The notes under the pieces: generated by a model | What the model was told of the DNA's origin: nothing | The model's input: only the letters and a program-made list of their open reading frames with translations | Databases searched by the model: none | NCBI GenBank assembly: GCA_964484795.1 | Contig: CAZAFN010000007.1 | Coordinates: forward strand, 1 to 60,119 | Origin: an uncultured Alphaproteobacteria bacterium | GTDB lineage: Bacteria > Pseudomonadota > Alphaproteobacteria > Methylaequorales > Methylaequoraceae | Direction: 5' to 3' | Length of the DNA stretch: 60,119 nt | Part shown: positions 21,761 through 31,656 of the stretch, piece by piece | Position numbering within the stretch: the stretch's first letter is position 1 | Layout of the letters: each line of letters opens with the position of its first letter | Translations under genes and position numbers: made by a program

Positions 21761-22997
21761 TTTTCAATAAACTTTTAGTTAAAATTTTAACTTCCTCTAC
21801 CGCAGGTTGATCAAATGGATTAACATCTATCAAATAACATGCAAAAATCGTTTCTATACAGAAAAACATCATCAGAGATCCAATTGTCTTTTCATTTGTG
21901 TCTTCGATCTCTATGAATCTTAAGGGCAGACCTTTATTTTTTATCGCTTTAATAGTTGCATTCATCTCAGCATATAGCAAATCTTCAAGTGTTTTATTTT
22001 GTAGAACTTTAGGTTCTATATTCAATCCAATTAAGTGATTTGGTTTTTTGGATTTTTTTGATTTTTTCCCAATTATTGAATAAAACTTGTCTTTTGGTCC
22101 ATCTAAATAAAGTTGTAATTGACTGTGCTGATCAACTGTTCCAAGCGCATTTACTGGAGTCGTTCCATTATTTTTTTTTCCAATACTTTCAGACCAAAGT
22201 TGACGGTACCAATATGTAAAGTTTTCTAAGCACTCTATGTAAGGCATTAGAACAGAAATATTGGTGCCTTTTTTTTTTAATTGATTCTGAACAAATATGG
22301 GGAAAAAAAAAAAATCGAATTTTTTTGATTTTTTAGAAATAACGTGCAGAAAACTTCTAGCTCCTGAACATATCTTGTTGATGTTTAATCCAGACAGAGA
22401 AGCGGGAAGAAGTCCTACCACAGAAAAAACGGAATACCTTCCACCAATAAATTTATTATGTTCTATAAATTTATATTTCTCTTTTTCTTGAATATTCTTT
22501 AGACAACTGTTTTTATTTTCAGTAATTACAAAAACTTTATTAGTTAAACTTATTTTCTTCTTTTTCATTTCATTTGAAATATAAAAATACTGACCTAAAG
22601 TTTCTAAAGTTTCGCCAGATTTTGAAGTTACTACTATCGCTGTTTTTTCTAGTTCAATTCCATTGATTAAATCTTTAATTGAACCACAATCAATATTCTC
22701 AACAAAAAAAATTTTTGGTTTTAACTTCTGCAAATATGAATTTCGAGATATAGAAACCAAAGTTTTTCCTCCCAAACTAGATCCACCAGTCCCAAGAAAT
22801 AAAACATTTTCAAATTTTTTTAACTCCCTTGCAATTGAATTAATTTCGTTAAAATTATTTTTTTTCATTCCACTAATAAATTCATAGGAATCGGAACTAA
22901 TATTTTCTAATATTTTTTTTTTAGCTAATTCGTAATTATTGGGGAGAGACGTTTGCTTATATTCATCTAGGTTATAAAAAATTTGGCTAAAAGACAT
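21747..22997 (-). CDS. pgi: Glucose-6-phosphate isomerase (short form)
   Basis: GTGGSSLG, SKSGETLET, GGRYSV, QLWSESIGK, DQHSQLQL, PFDQPAVE; likely start ATG 22997. Confidence 0.9.
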   Translation of the reverse strand: MSFSQIFYNLDEYKQTSLPNNYELAKKKILENISSDSYEFISGMKKNNFNEINSIARELKKFENVLFLGTGGSSLGGKTLVSISRNSYLQKLKPKIFFVENIDCGSIKDLINGIELEKTAIVVTSKSGETLETLGQYFYISNEMKKKKISLTNKVFVITENKNSCLKNIQEKEKYKFIEHNKFIGGRYSVFSVVGLLPASLSGLNINKICSGARSFLHVISKKSKKFDFFFFPIFVQNQLKKKGTNISVLMPYIECLENFTYWYRQLWSESIGKKNNGTTPVNALGTVDQHSQLQLYLDGPKDKFYSIIGKKSKKSKKPNHLIGLNIEPKVLQNKTLEDLLYAEMNATIKAIKNKGLPLRFIEIEDTNEKTIGSLMMFFCIETIFACYLIDVNPFDQPAVEEVKILTKSLLKNEKD

Positions 22998-22998
22998 C

Positions 22999-24291
22999 TT
23001 ACAATTCAGGCTTTCCAACAATCATAAAAAAAAGTTTATCTCTATCAATTAGATTTGATATTAAATTGTTAATTTGTTCAAGAGTTATATCATCTATGAT
23101 TTTATCTCTCCTCACAAAATAATCATTCCCTAAATTATAATACTGAACGATCTTCAACAAATTTGCAATTGATAAAGAGCTTGTAAGATTCCTGGAAAAT
23201 GAACCTTTATAATAGGTTTTTGCATCTTGCAACTCTCTTGAAGTAACTCCAGAACTGCTAATTTTACCCCATTCCCCTTTGACCATCTCTATGGTATCCA
23301 TTACTGAATGATTTCTGGTTTGAAAACCTCCAACTATCACTCCATCCATTTTGTAAGAATCGAGATATGAATAAATTGAGTAAACCAAACCTCTTTTTTC
23401 TCTAATCTCTTTATATAATCTAGACTGAAAACCTCCTCCACCTAGAATATAATTTGCTATTCTTGCTACAAAGTAGTTTTTCTCAGTTCTACTAATTCCT
23501 GGTTGTCCAAACACAACTGTTGTCTGAGGAGTATCCATCTCAAAAACTTCTTCACCCATTTTCAATGAATTAAAAGTTGAAAGCTTTCTTTGATTGCCAA
23601 CCGAAGGTAAATTACCAAATACCATACTAATGTATTGTTTTACCTCTTTCTCACTAATATTCCCAGCCACTCCAATTACAATATTGTCTTTTGTGAATAC
23701 ATTCTTGTGATATGCAACTAAATCTTTTCGTGAAATTCTTTCGATTGATTCTATCGATCCCTTAATTCTTCTAGAAAAATCATGACTTCCAAAAAAAAAT
23801 TCATCAAACTTTATATCTGCTACAGATGAAACGTCTGAATTTTCAATTTTAATACTAGATACTATTTGTTTTTTAACTTTTTCAATCTCTTCATAGCTGA
23901 ATGTTGGAAAATTTACTGCTTCATAAAAAAGTTCAAAACCTTTATTTTTTTGAGTAGAAATTATTTGAAAGTTTCCTCCAATCTTATCTATCGCCGTTGC
24001 AAAAGAAAGATTCATTCCGTTAGATTTCATTGCAATCTTATATTCGTTTGAAGAAAAGTTTTTAGTACCTTCATCTAAAAGTGCGCTCATCAAATATGCT
24101 GTTCCTTCTTTACCTTTTTCATCTAAATATGAACCGCCATTAAAACTAAAACTAATGCTAATAATTGGAAGTGATTCATCTTTAACCCACCAAATTTTTA
24201 TACCATCTTCTGTTTTTAATTCTTTAAACTCTAAAGCTGATATGCTTGAGGATAATGAGAACAAAATGAAAAATATTACGATAATTTTCAA
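22999..24291 (-). CDS. M16 family peptidase, non-catalytic subunit
   Basis: Signal peptide; lacks HxxEH; SRLYKEIREKRGLVYS motif. Confidence 0.88.
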   Translation of the reverse strand: MKIIVIFFILFSLSSSISALEFKELKTEDGIKIWWVKDESLPIISISFSFNGGSYLDEKGKEGTAYLMSALLDEGTKNFSSNEYKIAMKSNGMNLSFATAIDKIGGNFQIISTQKNKGFELFYEAVNFPTFSYEEIEKVKKQIVSSIKIENSDVSSVADIKFDEFFFGSHDFSRRIKGSIESIERISRKDLVAYHKNVFTKDNIVIGVAGNISEKEVKQYISMVFGNLPSVGNQRKLSTFNSLKMGEEVFEMDTPQTTVVFGQPGISRTEKNYFVARIANYILGGGGFQSRLYKEIREKRGLVYSIYSYLDSYKMDGVIVGGFQTRNHSVMDTIEMVKGEWGKISSSGVTSRELQDAKTYYKGSFSRNLTSSLSIANLLKIVQYYNLGNDYFVRRDKIIDDITLEQINNLISNLIDRDKLFFMIVGKPEL

Positions 24292-25598
24292 TTTTTTAAA
24301 CTACCTATGACAAAGTTTTTATTCTCATAAAATTTATTTAATGCTTTTATTACATCTTCTAAATCTATTTGTTCTAGTTTTTCGTTCCAATTTTCTATAT
24401 CTTCTAATTTAATTCCCACTGTAACTGCTTCACCAATTATCTCAGCAGGTTTTAGAATTCCATCCATTCCATAAACACTATCAAAAAAATATTTCTTTTT
24501 CTCAAGATTCACCTTCTCCAAAGTAATCTTTTTTTTTATGGCAATTCTCATTGCATCAGAAACAATCTTGTCAATCTTCCTTGAATCTAAATATTCTATT
24601 GGTATTGCATAAAAAAAAGCATATCCATCTCCTTTTGTTAATCCTTGGTAAAAACCACCAATCATTGAAAAAATTTTTTTTTTGTTAACTAATTCTTCAT
24701 AAAGCATACTTGTACTTCCACCTACCAGAATTTTTAAACCAATGTCAAGAGCAATGCCATTCTCAATTGATTGATTGTAGGAATCCACTCTATGCATCTT
24801 TTTCCAAATTGATTGCTTTACATTAGGATGATCTAATTCAACAAAAACAGATGTACGAAGATCTGGATCAAGCAGTTTTTTTTGAGGCAAATTTTTTGCT
24901 TTTCTTATTTTTCCAAAAAAACGTTTAGTTAATTTTTTTGCTGTTTCTAAATCAATATCACCAGACAAAACAAGTGTTGCATTATTTGGATTATAATATT
25001 TATTATAAAAATCTAAAACATCTTGATAAACCAAAGTTTCAATTTCATGCTTCCAACCAATTATCGGTCTACCATAATAATGATTAGGAAATAAAATAGT
25101 TCTCATAGATTCATCTAGTTGTGAGGATGGCTTACTTTCAATTCTTTGAAATCTTTCCTCCAGAATGACTTTCTTTTCTGTTTCAATGTTTGCCTTGGTC
25201 AAAGTAAGGTTTCGCATTCTGTCAGCCTCCATCTCAATGATCCTTTCAGTTTCACTACTAGGGAATATTTGATAGTAAGCAGTATAGTCGTAGCTAGTAA
25301 AAGCATTTTCGCTACCACCAATTTTCGATAAAAAGTTTGAGTAATAATCATTGGGAAATTTTTTGGTGCCTTTAAACATAAGATGTTCCATAAAATGAGC
25401 CAAACCACTTTTCCCTTTTTCCTCAACACCGGAACCAAAATCATACCAAATCATCTGCGCAACCACTGGTGCTCTTTTATTTTCAACAACAATTACTTTT
25501 AACCCGTTAGTAAGTGTAAAAGTTTTGGAATTAAATAAATTTTTTGAAAACAGCTCAGTACTTATGAAAATAAAAAAAATTAGATGAACTAATTTCAT
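24288..25598 (-). CDS. M16 family zinc peptidase, catalytic subunit
   Basis: Signal peptide; GLAHFMEHLMFKGT, NAFTSYDYT, EKKVILEE. Confidence 0.92.
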   Translation of the reverse strand: MKLVHLIFFIFISTELFSKNLFNSKTFTLTNGLKVIVVENKRAPVVAQMIWYDFGSGVEEKGKSGLAHFMEHLMFKGTKKFPNDYYSNFLSKIGGSENAFTSYDYTAYYQIFPSSETERIIEMEADRMRNLTLTKANIETEKKVILEERFQRIESKPSSQLDESMRTILFPNHYYGRPIIGWKHEIETLVYQDVLDFYNKYYNPNNATLVLSGDIDLETAKKLTKRFFGKIRKAKNLPQKKLLDPDLRTSVFVELDHPNVKQSIWKKMHRVDSYNQSIENGIALDIGLKILVGGSTSMLYEELVNKKKIFSMIGGFYQGLTKGDGYAFFYAIPIEYLDSRKIDKIVSDAMRIAIKKKITLEKVNLEKKKYFFDSVYGMDGILKPAEIIGEAVTVGIKLEDIENWNEKLEQIDLEDVIKALNKFYENKNFVIGSLKN

Positions 25599-26213
25599 TT
25601 ATTCTAAAATTGGCAACTGATCTAAACTCTGAAATTCTGATTCTGTAGAATGGGTTCTGGTTTCTGGAGTGTAACGTTCAGCACTACTAAATGATTCTTG
25701 AGATGTATTCTGAAATGAAAAAACATTCCTATCAGGCACATATCTTCTAGAAAAATTATAGCCCTTGTCATAAATAGGTCTATAATATAAGTTACCTCGT
25801 TTAAATCCATCAACGTATTGACTATATACCCATTCTCCAATTGTAAACTTTCTATTTTCTTTAAATTGCTCCAAAGAATGAGATGGTGTAGAGGATGATG
25901 GCACTCTAGTTCTAGGTGCAACATAGTTGGTTACTCTTGGATATGCCGGTTGAAAATTTTGTGGAGGCATAAAATTTCTAGTGTTAGCAAATCCATCATT
26001 CCTCTGCATATTTCGAGGTTCTTCTCCTGGAGTAGCCTTTTTTCCAAAATCTGGTGGCAATACTAATTCCGGTGTATCACTTGCCAAACTATCATCAAAT
26101 TCTTGCTTAGAAAGACCAGCAAGATCGTTAAAGGTCTCGCATGAAAAGAGAAAAAAAAGTGCAACAAATGCAATTGTTTTTTTTAGACTATTAATCAAAA
26201 TCATCACACGCAT
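25599..26213 (-). CDS. Putative lipoprotein, DUF3035-like N-terminus
   Basis: Lipobox LFSC, PELVLPPDF motif, position between lspA and the M16 pair. Confidence 0.6.
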   Translation of the reverse strand: MRVMILINSLKKTIAFVALFFLFSCETFNDLAGLSKQEFDDSLASDTPELVLPPDFGKKATPGEEPRNMQRNDGFANTRNFMPPQNFQPAYPRVTNYVAPRTRVPSSSTPSHSLEQFKENRKFTIGEWVYSQYVDGFKRGNLYYRPIYDKGYNFSRRYVPDRNVFSFQNTSQESFSSAERYTPETRTHSTESEFQSLDQLPILE

Positions 26214-26862
26214 AACCTCCGTTTACTTCATCTTCTTTTACTCTAATACAATTATTCTGCATTCCAAACAACTCCATTTCCTCTTCTGTTGAAAGCATTC
26301 GAGGTAAATTTCTTGGAGGAGAAACCTCAGCCGGAACTGCATTCTGTGTTTGACGATCAGAATACCCGTTCTGAGGTTGATAAGCTCGACCATTAAAACT
26401 ATTGTAATAACTGTAAGGAATTGGAGCGGCTTGATCAATAGAATATTGAGGAAAGGGTGGTGGTGGGGCGGCTAGAAGTGGTGTTCCATTTGGTCCTACC
26501 ATATAGTATTGTCTTGCACTCCTATATATCGGATCATAATAAGTTGGAGCCATTTGTGGCACAGGCATTGGAGGTGGAATTGGAGAAAAGCTTTCATTCA
26601 AATTTTGATACTCTTGATTTTGATATTCCTGATCTGGAAGCGCATATTCTGGAACTTCAACCGCCTCTTCAATTATAATTGCCTCACTTTGTTCAGGCTC
26701 TTCATCATCTTCCCAAAAATTTACTGAATCGTATATGTACTCACCAGTTGACGTTACTGCATCCCAAGTGGAATCAATAGTAGAGTCTATTGTCTCGCAA
26801 GACGTAATAAATATAAACAAGCTTACCAGTAAGGATTTTTTTAAAAATCTAAAAAATTTCAT
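26191..26862 (-). CDS. Hypothetical Pro/Tyr/Gln-rich lipoprotein
   Basis: Basic N-terminus, hydrophobic stretch and lipobox ITSC; low-complexity middle; C-terminal Cys pair; ATG 26862. Confidence 0.7.
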   Translation of the reverse strand: MKFFRFLKKSLLVSLFIFITSCETIDSTIDSTWDAVTSTGEYIYDSVNFWEDDEEPEQSEAIIIEEAVEVPEYALPDQEYQNQEYQNLNESFSPIPPPMPVPQMAPTYYDPIYRSARQYYMVGPNGTPLLAAPPPPFPQYSIDQAAPIPYSYYNSFNGRAYQPQNGYSDRQTQNAVPAEVSPPRNLPRMLSTEEEMELFGMQNNCIRVKEDEVNGGYACDDFD

Positions 26863-26978
26863 CAACAACAACTATATATGGTATATGCCAAGCCATAATT
26901 ACTAATATTTAGTAGCAATTCTTAGTATATAGATAACATTAGTTTTAGCGTTTGAAAAGGGAATTATCATATTTGAGC

Positions 26979-27452
26979 TTATTTTTCAAAGAAAATAAAT
27001 GAAAAGAAGATTATAGCTCCAATTGTTATGAATGCATCTGCAAAATTAAAAGATGGCCAATGATATTCAGAAGTATAATAAAAATCCAAAAAATCTACTA
27101 CAAAACCATTGAGAACTCTATCAATTCCATTACCAATCGCTCCACCTAAAATCAATGAAAGACTAGCATATTCAATTGGTTTGGTAGCTCTATAGATCAA
27201 ATAAATAATGTAAATACTTACAATGAAAGATAAAATCCCTAAATAAAATGACGCGTTAAATTGAGATAACAGACCAAAACTTATTCCCTTGTTTTCAACA
27301 TATACAAGATTAAACCCTTCAAAAACCCTAATACCTTCAAAAAAACTTTCTTTTTTAGAAACAACCAGATGTTTAGAGACCTGATCAAGAAAAACAACCA
27401 ATGACGAAAGAAAAATTGTTAGTACTACTTTTTTATTTATGGGTGACTTCAT
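26979..27452 (-). CDS. lspA: Lipoprotein signal peptidase II
   Basis: DQVSK, NKGISFG, GAIGNGIDR, VVDFL, FNFAD; follows ileS. Confidence 0.95.
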   Translation of the reverse strand: MKSPINKKVVLTIFLSSLVVFLDQVSKHLVVSKKESFFEGIRVFEGFNLVYVENKGISFGLLSQFNASFYLGILSFIVSIYIIYLIYRATKPIEYASLSLILGGAIGNGIDRVLNGFVVDFLDFYYTSEYHWPSFNFADAFITIGAIIFFSFIFFEK

Positions 27453-30228
27453 CTATAACATTTTTACATCTTGAACACAGTTCTTGAGATTCAACCTTTT
27501 CTAAAAAAATTTTCCAGCATCTAGGACATTTCTTTCCATCACTCATTTGAATTTTTACTGCCAAATTATTATTTTCTGGAAATATATCAAAATTTTCATC
27601 TTTTTTCTCTGTTATAGACACTTCCGAAGCAATCAATATTTCATTTAAATCTATAGATTTTGCAATTTTTAAATATTCTTGGTCAGAAATATATATTGAA
27701 GCTTTAGCTTCAAGGCTGGACTTAATTTCCTTAAGGTTTCTTTTTTTCTCAACAGAAAAAGAAAAAGCATCCTTGATTACAGAAACCTTGTTCCAGATCT
27801 TTTCTAAATCATTATTTTTCCAATTTTTAGGTAATTCTTTCCTACTTAAAAGATGACAACTAAGCTCAGCATCACGATCTGTTTCCCGCCTCCAACACTG
27901 CCAGGCTTCCTCGGTAGTAAACGGTATAATTGGGGCCAACCAAATAATTAGGCATTCAAAAACATTCAACATAACTGTTTGGGTTGAATTATATAAATTT
28001 GAACTTTGAGAATCACAATAGAGACTGTCTTTTCGAATATCAAAGAAAAAAGCAGATAAATCCTTTGAACAAAAACTCAAAACTAGCTGAAATGCTTTAT
28101 TAAAATTAAATTCCTCAAAATATTGATTAACCTTAGAATTAATTTCAAAAAGTCTATGGCAAATATACTGTTCAAGTTTTGGGAGGTTTTTATGATCTAC
28201 ATTTTTGTTTTTGTCCCAATTTTGTAAATTCCCAAGTAAAAATCTAATAGTGTTTCTTATTTTTCTGTAACTTTCAGCATGTCTATCTAAATTCTCATAA
28301 CTAATTCTAATATCATCAAAATAATTAGAACTGGCCACCCAAATCCTTAAGATATCTGCACCATATTTTTTGATTACATCACTGGGTAAAATAACATTTC
28401 CAAGTGATTTAGACATTTTTTTTCCTTTTTCGTCAATAACAAAACCATGGGTTAACACTGATTTATAAGGACTTTTTCCATAAATTGCACAAGATTCCAA
28501 AAGCGAAGTTTGAAACCATCCTCTATGCTGATCAGAACCTTCCAAATAAAGATCAGCTTGATTTTTTATTCCCTCATTTTTTAAAACATAAACGTGACTA
28601 GAACCGGAATCAAACCAAACATCAAGTATTGCATCTACTTTCTCAAAATCTGAAGGATTATACTTTTCAGTAATAAAAACTTCATTAGGTTTCTTAAACC
28701 ATGAATCCAATCCCTCTTTTTTAAGAATCGACACAATTTTGCTGTTAACATTCTTATCAATTAAAGGTTTCTGATCCTTTTTAGATAAAAAAATCGTTAT
28801 AGGCACTCCCCATGACCTCTGCCTAGAAACACACCAATCTGGTCTGTCTTTAACCATTGACAAAATTCTATTCTTGCTATTTTCAGGCACCCATTTCACC
28901 ATTTCAATCTCTTTTATTGCATTGTCTCTTAAATTTTTTTTTTCCATTGAAATAAACCACTGGGAAGTAGCTCTAAAAATAAGAGGAGCCTTTGATCTCC
29001 ATGAATGTGGATAACTATGAGAAAAATCATTATTACTTATCAAATTCTTCTCTTCCTCTAATTTTTTAATAACCTCAATGTCAGCCTTAAAAATATGCAG
29101 ACCATTAAAAAAAGGAATGTCCTTTGTATATAACCCTTTTTCATCAACTGTACTTATGTTGTCGAGATTAAACTTTTGACCTACCTCAAAATCTTCCAAA
29201 CCATGATTAGGAGCTATATGGACAAAACCTGAACCTGTATCATCTGTAACATGCGAACTAGGAAAAAGGTTTATGTTAAAATTGTAACCTAAATTTCTTA
29301 AAGGATGTGAACAAACAATACTCCCAAATAAATCATTATCAATCATAGTAACTTTAAATTTCTTTATTTTGTGTAAAGAGACAAAATTATTTACTAAACT
29401 TTCTGACAAAATCAATTTCTCTCCTTTATGAAGATTGCAATCATCTATATCTTCATTGATCTCAAGTATCTGGTATTTTAAATTTGGAGAAAAGGCTAGA
29501 GCTCTATTACAAGGAATCGTCCACGGCGTCGTCGTCCAGATAACTACCGAAGTATTCTCTGAATAATTTTTTGTTGGAAATTTTACATAAATAGACCTAG
29601 ATATTTTTTCATGATATTCAATTTCCGCTTCGGCAAGTGCGGTTTGCTCAACAACTGACCACATCACAGGCTTAAAACCTAAATAAAGTTCTTTCGATTC
29701 TAGAAATTTTAAAAGTTCTTCTACAATGCTAACCTCCGCATCATTTGTCATTGTCAAATAAATTTTTTCCCAATCAGTTTGAATACCAAATCTTGCAAAC
29801 TGATCTTTTTGCTTTTCAACCCAGGATCCAGCAAACCTTCTACACTCTTCTCTAAAAATCTCTAAACTAATTTCTGCTTTTTTTTTCCCACTCTTTCTAA
29901 ATTTTTCTTCAACTTTCCACTCAATTGGCAAACCATGACAATCCCACCCAGGGATAAAATTTACATCAAATGAATCTTGGAATTTAGTCCTACAAACAAT
30001 ATCTTTTAAAATTTTATTTAAGGCATGGCCAAGATGAAGATCTCCATTTGCATAGGGCGGGCCATCATGTAAAATGTATTTTCTAAAATTAGAACTTTTC
30101 TCCTTAAGACTTTTATAAATATTTTTTTCTTTCCAAAAATCAATCCACAAATTTTCAGTTTGGGACAAATTAGCTTTCATCGAAAAAGTTGTCGAAGGCA
30201 AATTAATGGTTTTGGAAAAATCACTCAT
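27433..30228 (-). CDS. ileS: Isoleucine--tRNA ligase (type 1)
   Basis: GPPYANGDLHLGH, WCVSRQRSWG, KMSKS, C-terminal CPRC/CSRC. Confidence 0.98.
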   Translation of the reverse strand: MSDFSKTINLPSTTFSMKANLSQTENLWIDFWKEKNIYKSLKEKSSNFRKYILHDGPPYANGDLHLGHALNKILKDIVCRTKFQDSFDVNFIPGWDCHGLPIEWKVEEKFRKSGKKKAEISLEIFREECRRFAGSWVEKQKDQFARFGIQTDWEKIYLTMTNDAEVSIVEELLKFLESKELYLGFKPVMWSVVEQTALAEAEIEYHEKISRSIYVKFPTKNYSENTSVVIWTTTPWTIPCNRALAFSPNLKYQILEINEDIDDCNLHKGEKLILSESLVNNFVSLHKIKKFKVTMIDNDLFGSIVCSHPLRNLGYNFNINLFPSSHVTDDTGSGFVHIAPNHGLEDFEVGQKFNLDNISTVDEKGLYTKDIPFFNGLHIFKADIEVIKKLEEEKNLISNNDFSHSYPHSWRSKAPLIFRATSQWFISMEKKNLRDNAIKEIEMVKWVPENSKNRILSMVKDRPDWCVSRQRSWGVPITIFLSKKDQKPLIDKNVNSKIVSILKKEGLDSWFKKPNEVFITEKYNPSDFEKVDAILDVWFDSGSSHVYVLKNEGIKNQADLYLEGSDQHRGWFQTSLLESCAIYGKSPYKSVLTHGFVIDEKGKKMSKSLGNVILPSDVIKKYGADILRIWVASSNYFDDIRISYENLDRHAESYRKIRNTIRFLLGNLQNWDKNKNVDHKNLPKLEQYICHRLFEINSKVNQYFEEFNFNKAFQLVLSFCSKDLSAFFFDIRKDSLYCDSQSSNLYNSTQTVMLNVFECLIIWLAPIIPFTTEEAWQCWRRETDRDAELSCHLLSRKELPKNWKNNDLEKIWNKVSVIKDAFSFSVEKKRNLKEIKSSLEAKASIYISDQEYLKIAKSIDLNEILIASEVSITEKKDENFDIFPENNNLAVKIQMSDGKKCPRCWKIFLEKVESQELCSRCKNVIDEVTHK

Positions 30229-31147
30229 TTTTAACTATTTTGATATCTTTTATAATCTGATCCTTTAATTTCTCAATAGAATCAAATTTTTTTTCATGTC
30301 GTATAAATTGTTTAAAACTAACAGCTATCCTTTTTCCATAAATCTCCCTAGAAAAATTGAAAATGTGAACTTCCAGAAGTGGTTTGGTATTGTGGAAGGT
30401 TGGCTTTATACCATAATTTGCTATACCTAAAAAAATACTTTGTTTTTTCTTGTCAAATATTTTGACATCAACAGAATAAACTCCATAACACAAATCACAG
30501 TAGGCATTAACTCTTAAATTGGCCGTTCTAAAGCCTAATTGTCTGGCCTTTTCTTCCCCCTTAATAACTCTAGAGATTATCGTCCAATTTCTAGATAACA
30601 TACGGTTTGCTTTTTCTAAATCACCCAATCTTAGAAAAGATCTCACATTTGATGAGGATAATGCTAAATTGTCTTTTTTTATTTCTGATACTTTTGTAAA
30701 ATCAAACATTTTATAATTTTTAGAAAATTTTTGCATCACATCTACATTTCCACCTTGTTTATGACCAAATACAAAATCAAATCCTGTAACGATATGTTCA
30801 ACTTTTAAAAGATCAACTAAAAAGTTTTTTAAAAAATCGTCTGCTGAAACTTCAACCAAATTTAAATTAAAGTTAATATTTAACATAAAGTCTATATTTA
30901 AAGACTTTAATATTCCAACTTTGCTCCTAAATGGAGTTAGTCTAAAAAAACTAAATTTTTTTTTGAAATAACATTTTGGATGTGGCTCAAAAGTCAAAAC
31001 ACCAACTTTTTTCTTTTTCTCTTTAGCAATTTCTTTTGCCTTTTCTATGACCATTTGGTGTCCCAAATGAACTCCATCGAAATTTCCTATAGCCAAGACT
31101 GAATGATTGAAATTTTCTGGAAGTCTAAATGACCTAAAAACTTTCAT
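30221..31147 (-). CDS. ribF: Bifunctional riboflavin kinase/FAD synthetase
   Basis: GNFDGVHLGH, TFEPHP, LGFRTAN, LEVHIF. Confidence 0.95.
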   Translation of the reverse strand: MKVFRSFRLPENFNHSVLAIGNFDGVHLGHQMVIEKAKEIAKEKKKKVGVLTFEPHPKCYFKKKFSFFRLTPFRSKVGILKSLNIDFMLNINFNLNLVEVSADDFLKNFLVDLLKVEHIVTGFDFVFGHKQGGNVDVMQKFSKNYKMFDFTKVSEIKKDNLALSSSNVRSFLRLGDLEKANRMLSRNWTIISRVIKGEEKARQLGFRTANLRVNAYCDLCYGVYSVDVKIFDKKKQSIFLGIANYGIKPTFHNTKPLLEVHIFNFSREIYGKRIAVSFKQFIRHEKKFDSIEKLKDQIIKDIKIVKNE

Positions 31148-31596
31148 CTATTTTTTTTTGATTCTACTAAAATTTCTGCCTCCCCAGTCAATATTTTCTT
31201 TTCAGACTTAAAACATTCAGTTAGAAGCGTTACTCTTTTCCTCTCAATTTGCAAAGAAATAACTTTTACTTTTACAGTTAACAAATCGCCAATAAAAACA
31301 GGAGCTAAAAATTTTAAATTCTGCCGCAGATAAATACTTCCTGGTCCCGGAAGTTTGTTAGCAATAACCGTGGATATTAAACTCGCTGACAAAAAACCAT
31401 GTGCAATTCTTTTTTTAAATATTGTTTTTTTTGCATATTCCTCATCCATATGAACTGGATTGTGATCTCCAGTAACGTCGGCAAAGGTATTGATATCATT
31501 TTTAGTGATTGTTTTTGTTAGTGTAGCTTCTTGATTTAATTTTAAATCCTCAATAAAAAAACCCTCAAACTTTTCAAAAATTTTATTTTTGTTCAT
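31144..31596 (-). CDS. MaoC/PhaJ-type (R)-specific enoyl-CoA hydratase
   Basis: FADVTGDHNPVH, RIAHG, LPGPG, F.APVFIGD. Confidence 0.88.
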   Translation of the reverse strand: MNKNKIFEKFEGFFIEDLKLNQEATLTKTITKNDINTFADVTGDHNPVHMDEEYAKKTIFKKRIAHGFLSASLISTVIANKLPGPGSIYLRQNLKFLAPVFIGDLLTVKVKVISLQIERKRVTLLTECFKSEKKILTGEAEILVESKKNR

Positions 31597-31656
31597 AAAA
31601 TTGTAAAATAATAATTGATTATATGTTAATTAATTACATATTTTTATAATAATACT

